Assembly: GCF_009914755.1 (NCBI RefSeq)
Contig: NC_060938.1
From: the human T2T-CHM13v2.0 reference genome, Homo sapiens
Length of the DNA: 64,000 nt
Direction: 5' to 3' (one strand)
The notes beneath the pieces were generated by a model, which ran no database searches, was not told the DNA's origin, and saw nothing but the letters and a program-made list of their open reading frames with translations. The first letter of the stretch is position 1. Each line of letters starts with the position of its first letter. The position numbers and the translations under genes were made by a program. Below, one piece after another: positions 55,400 to 64,000 of this stretch.

Positions 55400-58230
55400 G
55401 AGAACTTTGTGCCGGCTCTTCAAAGGATGGTCACCTAGTTGGCATTATAATTGTGATTTCAAAAGGCAATTCCACTGTACTATCAATCCAGCTGCTTCAG
55501 GATGATGGGGAACATGGCAAGACCAGTGAATTCCATGAGCATGAGGCCACTGCCACACTTCTTAGCTGTAAAGTGAGTGCCTTGGTCAGAGGCAATGTTC
55601 TGTGAAATACCATGATGTTGGATAAGGCATTTCCTGAATCCACAGATGGTAGTCTTGGCAGAAGCATTGTCTGCAGGATAGGCAAACCCATATCCGGAGT
55701 AAGCATCTATTCGGGTGAAGACAGATCACTGCCCTTTTCATGAAGGAAGAGGACCAATATATCAACCTGTTACCAAGTAGCTGGCTTATCACCCCAAGGA
55801 ATGGTGCCATATCGAAGGCTCAGTGTTTGTTTCTGCTGCTGGCAAATTGGGCATTCAGCAGTGTCTGTAGCCAGGTCAGCCTTGGTGAGTGGAAGTCCAT
55901 GTTGCTGAATCCATGTGTAACCTCCATCGCTGCCACCATGGCCACTTTGTTCATGGGCTCATTGGATGATGACAGGAGTGGCTGGGGAAGAAGCCTGGGG
56001 AAGGAGGCTGAGTGGGTCATCCCATCCACTTGATTATTAAAATCCTCCTCTGCTGAAGTCACCCTTTTGTGAGCATTCTCATGAGATACAAATATCTTAA
56101 CAGGTTTTGACCATTCAGAGAGGTCCATCCACATGCCTCTTCTCCAAATTTCTTTGTCACCGATTTTCCAATCATGCTTCCTCCAAGTCCCTGACCATCC
56201 AGTCAAACCACTGGCTACAGCCCATGAATCAATATATAATCGCACATATGGCCATTTTTTCTTTTAAGCAACGTGCTCAACCAGGTGCACTGCTCAAAGT
56301 TTTGCCCACTGGGAAGATTTGCCTTTGAAAGTTTTCCTAGAAAGAGGTTGTAGTGCTGCAGCTGTCCACATTTGGGTGGTGCTTGCATATCGTGCAGAAG
56401 CATCTGTAAACCAGGCTCCAGTCTTCTCTTCCTCTATCAACTGATTATAAGGAACTCCACAAGGGGCCATCAGTGCAGGCTGGGGGAGAGAAAGCAGGGT
56501 GGGAGGAGTGGGGATCATGGACATTTGAGCCACTTGCTCATGTAACTCATCTGTGGCCTCAGGCCCTGCTTGAGCCCAATCACATATATGCCACTTCCAT
56601 TTGATGATGGAATGCTGCTGTGCATGCCTCACTTTATGGCCAGTTGGGTCAGAAAGCACCCAGTTCATGACAGGCAGTTCAGGTGGCATGGTGATTTGAC
56701 CCATAGTCAAACATTCAGTTTCTACCAAAGCCTAGTAACAGTCCAAGAGCTCTTTCTCAAAAGAAGAGTAGTTATCTGCAGAAGATGGCAGGAACTTGCT
56801 CAAAAATCCTGGAGACCTTTACTGTGATTAACCTATGGGGGCCTGCCAGAGGCTCCAGACAGCATCCCTATCTGCGACTCACACCTCAAACACCATTGGA
56901 TCTGCTGGGTCATATGGCCCAAGTGGCAGAGCAGCTTGCATAGCAGTCTGGACCTGTTGCGGAGCCTTCTCCTGTTCTGGACCCCACTCAAAACTGGCAG
57001 CCTTATGGGTCACATGATAAATGGGCCAGAGTAACACACCCAAATGAGAAATGTGTTGCCTCCAAAATCCAAGTAGCCCACTAGGCATTGTATCCCTTTC
57101 TTGGTTGTAGGAGGGATCAAATGCAGCAACTTAGTTTTCACCCTGGAAGTAATATCTTGACAGGCCCCACACCACTGGACATTTTACTGAGGTAAAGTTC
57201 CCTGAATTTTAGTTGGATTTATTTCCCATCCTCTGACATTCAAATATCTCACCAATAAGTCCAGTGTGTTTACTACTTCTTGCTTACTAGATTCAATCAG
57301 CCTAATGTCAACAATGTAATGAACCAGTGTGATATCTTGTGGAAGTGAAAAGCGATCAAGATCTTTGCAAACAAGATTATGGCAGAAAGCCAGAGAGTCG
57401 ATATACCCCTGAGGATATTGCTGGCCTTCCCAGCTGAAGGCAAATTGCTTCTGATGTGCCTTATGGATAGGAATGGAGTGAAAGACATTTGTCAAATCAG
57501 TGGCTGCATACCAGGTACCAGGAGATGTGCTGATTTTCTCAAGCAATGAAACCATGTCTGGTACAGCAGCTGCAATTGGAGTCACAACTTGGTTAAGCTT
57601 ACAATAATCCACTGTCATTCTCCATGATCCATCTGTCTTCTGCACAGGCCAAATAGAAGAAGTAAATGGAGATGTGGTGAGAATCACCACCCCTGCATCT
57701 TTCAAGTCCTTGATGGTGGCACTAATCTCTGCAATCCCTCCAGGGATGCAATATTGTTTTTGATTTACTATTTTTCTAGGTACAGGCAGCTCTAATGGCT
57801 TCCATTTGGCCTCTCCCATCGTAATAGCCCTCACTCTACCAATCATGGAGCCAATGTGGGGGTTCCACCAGCTGCTAGTATGTCTATGACAATTATGCCT
57901 TTTGGCACTTGGGAAATGACCACAGGATGAGTCTGGGGATCCACTGGACCCACTGTAAGCCAGACCTGAGCTAATATTCCATTAATTAGCTGACCTCCAT
58001 AAACCCCTACTTTAACTGGAGGACCACAATGATATTTTGGTTCCCTGGAATTATCAGCTTAGAGCCAGTGTCTAGTAGTCCCCTAAAGGTCTGATCATTT
58101 TCCTTTTCCAAATGCACAGTTACCCTGGTAAAAGTCCAGAGGTCTCCTTGGGGAAGGATGGGAGAAAGATTAACAGCATAGCTTGTCAATAGGGTAGTGG
58201 GGTCCTTTCTCAAGTGTACCCGGCCTCCCC
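55400..58230 (-). pseudogene. Disrupted HERVL pol (PR-RT-RNase H-IN)
   Basis: LLDTGS protease motif; RT WPVQKTDGSWRMTVDY...PQGY...HYIVD (YIDD mutated); RNase H WFTDASA and LYIDSWAVA; multiple frameshifts. Confidence 0.9.
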
Positions 58231-59960
58231 TTCTTTCAAAGGGTTCTGGGTCTGTAAACTGGTTCAAATCTGGAAATTGATTGAGGGGCCGTGATCCTCT
58301 GTTTTTGTAATTCAAATTAGTCTTTTGTCCATTCAACTTGGAAGTTTTCTGCTTATATAAATTAAGAATGTAGTAGGCTTCCTATCAATTTTACTTCTAG
58401 GAACACTATGATTAGCCAATGCCAGAGCTCTATGTGAGTCAGACAATTCTGATTGCTGCTTTGCCTCTGATGTCCATTACAATAAGTATGCCCACCTTGC
58501 CTTTGATGGTTGAGTGCCACCACTTGGCCCCTGCTACCTCAGGATGCAATTATTCCCATTGCATTTATGTTTTCCAATTGAGCCACTATGGTTCCCACTG
58601 TAAGATCTAGCATACAGAGAAAAGCAATCACAGAACTCTAAGGAAGCAGGTGCTCCCCTCACAAATCTGTTTTACAAGGTATTGGTGAAGGGTGTGACTT
58701 CTGGGCCCTCCCAATTGGGATGAGTAGGTCTAAAGTGACTAATCCACTCTAGCATTACCATCTCCCTAAGCCTTTGGATCCATTCCTCTACATTAAACCA
58801 AGGGAGACTGGCATTTCCAGCTCACTCACAGTGGGCCATCTTTTGATCCATGTTTCAGCTAACCAAGCAAATAAACTATTAGAACCTTTTTTTATCTCCA
58901 TGAGCTGCAACATTAAATGTAGAATCCCTGCTTAGTGAGCCCATATTAATAAATTCAGCCTAACCCATCCTTATGTTCCTTCCACCATTATCCCACACCC
59001 TTAATATCTATTCCTATGCCTGTTCTCCAGATTTCTGCTTATATAAATTAGAAAACTCAAGCAGTTCTTTTGGAGTATAGCACACCTTGTGGGACATCCT
59101 CTGAACCTCACCCCTAGGGACCTGCCAGGACGTCAGTCAAGTTATAGGTCTAGAAGAAAACAGGGGTGTTAGGGGTGGGTCCTGAAGAGAATCAACATTG
59201 TTTTTTCTTGGCAACTGCCTCCGGGGATGCCATCACTATTGCCTGAGGCAGTGCAAGGTTAATCTCCTCAGACAAAGATGAAAAGGCTGATGGCAGTGTG
59301 AGTTGGGGAGGGGATGTTGCCACCACTAGGGATGGGGAAGCTGTTTCCTCTGGCAAAAAAGGGCTCATCGGAGTTTACAAGCTCAGTGTCCCCAGTTTCA
59401 TCAGGGTCCTCCCACACATCCCCATTCTAAGCTGCAGGATCCCATTATTTTCCAATAAGTGCCCTCACTTTAACAGTAGACATCTGGTGGACTGTGCATG
59501 CACCTTTTGTTGCAGGTCAGCACCCACATGATAAGAGCTTGTGTCTGATTTTCCACAATTTCAGCCTTTTGTCTACAGGAAATAAGACTCTCACTCAGGG
59601 CAGTCTTAGAAGACTTGAGCCTCAGTATGTGTTTCTGGACTCGGGAGTTAGAATCCCGGTGCTCATCATTTTCTTTCATCACTTTGTCCAGTAAACTGAG
59701 GAGCACCCAACCAACTTCATTATATTTTTTGTTTCTCTACATGTGGTCAAGGTTATTATGTACAGAGTAACGAAACTCCTTGCCTTTCATGAGCAGTGAA
59801 TAAGGAGTATCAAATGCATTTATTTTGCATAACTCTCTAAACAGTTCATGCCAAAGACCATCAGTGTTTTCCATACTATTAGAAGAAGGGTCCTTAACAT
59901 TTTGGGCTTTAAATATATTAAGCAGCTAACTCCAGAAACTCCAAAACCAACTAAAGAAAT
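58230..59960 (-). pseudogene. Disrupted HERVL gag
   Basis: LLSLLDKVMKENDEHRDSNSRVQKHI...LSESLISCRQKAEIVENQTQALI (59470-59706) is ERVL gag-like. Confidence 0.8.
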
Positions 59961-62900
59961 CCATCCTTAAAATTCTGTTCCTCTAAAACCACTCCTGGTA
60001 CCAAAATCTGTATTAGGGTTCTCTAAAGGGACAGAACTAATAGAATAGATGACTATATGAATGGGGAATTTATTAAGGAGAATTGTCTCACATGATCACA
60101 AGGTAAAGGCTGTCTGCCAGCTGAGGAGCCAGGAAGCCAATCTGAGTCCCAAAACCTCAAAAGTAGGGAATCTGGTAATGCAGCCTTCAGCCTATGGCCA
60201 AAGGTCTGACAGCCCCTGACAAATCACTGGTGTAAGTCCAAGAGTCCAAAAGCTGAAGAACTTGGAGTCTGATGTTCAAGAGCAGGAAGCATCCAGGACA
60301 GGAGGAAGATGGAGGCCAGAAGACTCAGGTCATTCTAACCTTTCCACACTCGTCTGCCTGCTTTTACCCTAGATGCACTGGCAGATGATTAGATGGTGCC
60401 CATCCAGATTGCAGATGGGTCTGCCTCTCCTAGTCCACTGACTCAAACATTAATCTCTTTTGGCAACACCCTCACAGACACACCTGGGAACAACAATTTG
60501 CATCTTTCAATCTGATGAAGTTGATACTCAATATTAATCATCACAGTACCCTTTGATCAACACCACCACATTCCCCATGCCCCATTAGCCTTTGTGAGTT
60601 TGATTGTTATCTATGTCACATGTAATTGAGATCATGCCACATTTGTTTTTCTGCTCCTGGCTTCTTTCAATTAGCAAAATGTTTTCCAGATTCATTCAGG
60701 TTGTCACAGAAATTCTTTCCATTTAAAGATGAATAGTATTCCATTGTGTATATGTACTACATGTTCTTTATTCAGTCATCCACTGATGGACACTTAAGTT
60801 GATTCCATACCTTGGCTATTGTGAACGGTGCTGCAATGAACAAGAAGTGCAGATATCTCTTTAACATACTGATGTAAAATCTTTTGGATGTATACTCAGA
60901 AATGAGATTATTGAATTATTTGGTAATTCTATTTTTATTTTTTTTAGAAACTCCCATACAGTTTTCATAATGGCTGTGCTAACTCACATTCCCATCAACC
61001 TTGTACTAAAGTTTCTTTTTTTCCTCATCTTCTCCAACACTTATCTTTCATTTTTTGATAATAGCTATTGTGACAAGTGTAAAATAGTATCTCATTATAG
61101 TTTTAATATGCATTTTCCTAGTGATTAGTGATATATGTTTTCAAATACCTGTTGGCCATTTTTATATCTTCTTTTGAGAAATGCCAATTGAAGTTTTTTG
61201 TCCATTTTTAAATCAGGTTGTTTTCTTGCTACTGAGTTGTTTGAGTTCCTTATATAATTTAGATATTAACCCCATATGAGTTGTATGGTTTGCAAATATT
61301 TTTCCCAAATATGTAGGTTGTCAGTTAACTCTTAATTGTGTCTTTTTCAGTGTAGAAGTATTTTATTTTGATATAATCCCATTGTCTATTTTTGCTTTTG
61401 TTGGGAGACCTTTTGGGGTCCATTTAAAAAATCATTGCCTAGTCAAATGTTATCCAGCTTTTCCATTATATTTTTTTCTAGTAGTTTTACAGTTTCAGGT
61501 CTTACATTTAAGTTTGTAATCCATATTGCATGGATTTTTGTATATGGTGTGAGATAAGGGTCCAGTTTTATTGTTCTGCATGTATCAAGTATTTCCAACA
61601 TCATTTATTAAAGAGACGGTCCTTCCACAATTGCGCATTTTTGGAAACTTTGTTGAAAATCAATTGTAAAGTCATGGGTTCATTTTTGAGTTCTCTATTT
61701 GTTTCATTGGCTGACGTGTCTATTTTTATGGCAATACCACACTGGTTTAATTACTATAGCTTTGTAAAATAGTTTAAAATCAGGTAGTGTGATGCTCTGC
61801 TTTGTTATTTTCCTCAAGATTAGCTTGGCTGTTCAGGTTTTTTTGTGGTTCTATATGAATTGCAGGATCATTTCTTCAATTTCTGTGAACAGTTACTATA
61901 ATTTTAGAAGGTATTGCATTGAATCTGCAAATGTATGCTTTGAGTAGCAATGACATTTCAACCACATTAATTCTTGCAATTAACAAACATGAAATAACTT
62001 TTCATTTATTTGTGTTATTGTCTTCAATTTCCTTCATTAATGTTTTATAGATTTTAGTGTATAGATCTTTCATCTCCTTGGTTAGATTTATTCCTAAGTA
62101 TCCTCTTTTTATGTAGCTATTGTAAATGAGAGATTGTTTTCATAATTTCTTTTTTGGATAGTTTGCTGTTAGTATATAGGACATCAGTTATTTTTGTGTG
62201 TTGATTTCGTATTCTGCAACTTTATTTAATTTATCATGTCATCATTTTTTGTGGAGTATTTAGGGTTTTCTATATATAAGATCATGTCATCTCCAAACAG
62301 GGACTATTTAGTTATCCTTTCCAATTGGAATACTCTTATTTGTTTTCCTCACCTAATTGCTCTGGTAAGATCTTCCAATACTATATTGAATAGAAGCAGT
62401 GAGGGTAGGCATAATTATCTTATTCCTTTGAGGAAAACATTTCCACTTTTTACTATTGTGCTTAATGTCAGCTGAGGGCTTGTCATATATATCCTTCACT
62501 GTGTTGAGATACATTTCTTTTGTACCTAGTTGATTGAGAGTACTTATCATGAAAAGATGTTGAAATTTGTCAAATCCTTTACTGAATCTTTTGAAATGAT
62601 CATATGGTTTTTCTTCATTGTGTTAATGTGATGTATCACATTTATTGATTTGTGTATATTGAGCCATTCTTCTACCCCAGGAATAAATCCCACTTGATCA
62701 TGGTGAATGATCCTTTTAATACGCTATTGAATTTTGTTTGCTTATATTTTGTTAAGAATTTCCGTAGCAAAAAAGGCTACATGTTCAGCAGCAATACTGG
62801 CCTGTAATTTTTTTTTCTTGTAATGTCCTTATCTGGCTTTGCAATCAGGGTAATTCTGGCATTATAGAAAAGAGTTTGAAAGTGTTTCCTCATCTCCAAT

Positions 62901-63487
62901 ATATTGGAAGAGTTTGAGAAGGATTGTTGGGTAGAATTTAGTAGTAAAGCCATCTGGTCCTGGGCTTCTCTTTTATTAGACACTTTTTATTACTCGTTCA
63001 ATCTCTTTACTCATTGAACTATTCAGATTTGGTATTTCTTTTATATTCAGTCTTGGTAGATTGTGTGTGCCTAGGAATTTATGTATGTCTTCCAGGTTAT
63101 TCAGTTTGTTGAGTATAATTATAATCACAATAATTGCTTATGATTCTTCATATTGTTATAGTATCATTTTTAATGTCTTCTGTTTCATTTCTGGGTTTGT
63201 TTATTTGAGTATTATTTTTTTCTTAATCTAGCTAAGAGTTTGTCAGTTTTGCTTTTCTTTTCAAAAAACCAACTGTTAGTCTTCTTAATATTTTCTATAT
63301 TTTTTTCTAGTCTCTATTTCTATTCTGATCTTCATTTCTTTTCTTCTACAAACTTTAGTCCTATTATTTTTCCTCATTTTCTTGTTCCTTATACTTAATG
63401 TTAGCTTGTTTATTTGAGACCTCTCTTCTTTTTAAATGGAGGTGTTTTGGGTATAAACTTTCCTGTTAGAACTACTTTTGTTTCATC

Positions 63488-63848
63488 TGTATTAGTCCAT
63501 TCTCATACTGCTATAAGAGCTTCCCTGAGACTGGGTAATTTATAAAGGAAAGAGGTTTAATTGCCACAGTTCCACATGGCTGAGGAAGCCTCAGGAAACT
63601 TACAATAATAGCAGAAAACAAAGCAGGCATGTCTTACATGGCAGCAGGCAAGAGAGAGGGAGTAAATGAAAGAGAAACTTCCAAATACTTATAAAACCAT
63701 CAGATCTTGTGAGGACTCACTATCATGAGAACAGCATGGGGGAAACTGCCCCCATGATCCAATCACCTCCTATCAGTTCTCTTCCTCAACACCTAGGAAT
63801 TACAATTCAAGTGGAGTTTGGGCAGAAACAGAAAACCTAACCATATCA
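63488..63848 (-). mobile_element. MSTA (or THE1D) solo LTR
   Basis: tgtattagtccattctcatactgctataa...gcctcaggaaacttacaat...cccccatgatccaatcacctcc...aaccatatca; TSD tcatc/gcatc. Confidence 0.9.
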
Positions 63849-64000
63849 GCATCCCATAAGTTTTGGTATGTTGTGTTACCATTTTTATTTTTCTCATGAT
63901 ATTTTTAATTATCTTTTTATTTCTCTTTACTCATTGATTTTTCAGGAGCATATTTTTAAATTTCTATCTGTGAATTTCTCAAGATTTCTCCTCTTACTTT

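Larger units (their letters stand above)
53869..60545 (-). mobile_element. Near full-length HERVL provirus with MLT2A2 LTRs (5' LTR 60009-60545, 3' LTR 53869-54421)
   Basis: Paired ~540-550 bp LTRs, perfect TSD GTACC (53864-53868 / 60546-60550), PBS TGGTACCAGGAGTGG (59989-60003, minus), purine tract before the 3' LTR, gag-pol-dUTPase remnants, no env. Confidence 0.96.
53655..64000 (-). mobile_element. L1MA LINE (3' end at ~53655, runs past the window end), interrupted by HERVL and MSTA
   Basis: acatatccatcacctcaaatactcatc...gtggtgagaacatttaaaat; resumes after the provirus at ctttgatcaacacc; ORF2 remnant ARITLIAKPDKDITRKKNYRP (62777-62983). Confidence 0.9.

Noticed and set aside
62763-62780. 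Small hairpin gtagc-aaaaaag-gctac apparently inserted in L1MA
   Set aside because: Only a 5-bp stem; most likely a repair scar with no functional support.

Overview
Primate (most likely human/great ape) AT-rich, CpG-poor genomic DNA made mostly of decayed interspersed repeats. I find no credible host protein-coding exon, RNA gene or CpG island, and the long ORFs are L1 ORF2 or ERVL gag/pol/dUTPase remnants. Main contents: three old L1M elements that keep their 5' regions; a young L1PA3-like insertion with both a twin-priming 5' inversion and a probable ~105 bp 3' transduction with its own AATAAA and second poly(A); an older twin-primed L1PA16-like element carrying a full-length THE1A, nested in L1MD, nested in MLT1F; a near-complete 6.7 kb HERVL/MLT2A2 provirus with a perfect GTACC TSD; an older ERVL fossil; many MLT1/MLT2/THE1/MST LTRs, Alus, MIR/L2 and DNA-transposon fossils; and a repeat-poor island (~25-31.8 kb) containing a probable AmnSINE (Deu-SINE) relic, a family known for enhancer exaptation. 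Subfamily calls rest on recalled consensus sequences and need RepeatMasker/Dfam confirmation. I see no evidence for a genuinely new biological system. The best leads are the L1 transduction/chimera, the AmnSINE candidate and the DUX-motif asymmetry of the HERVL LTRs.
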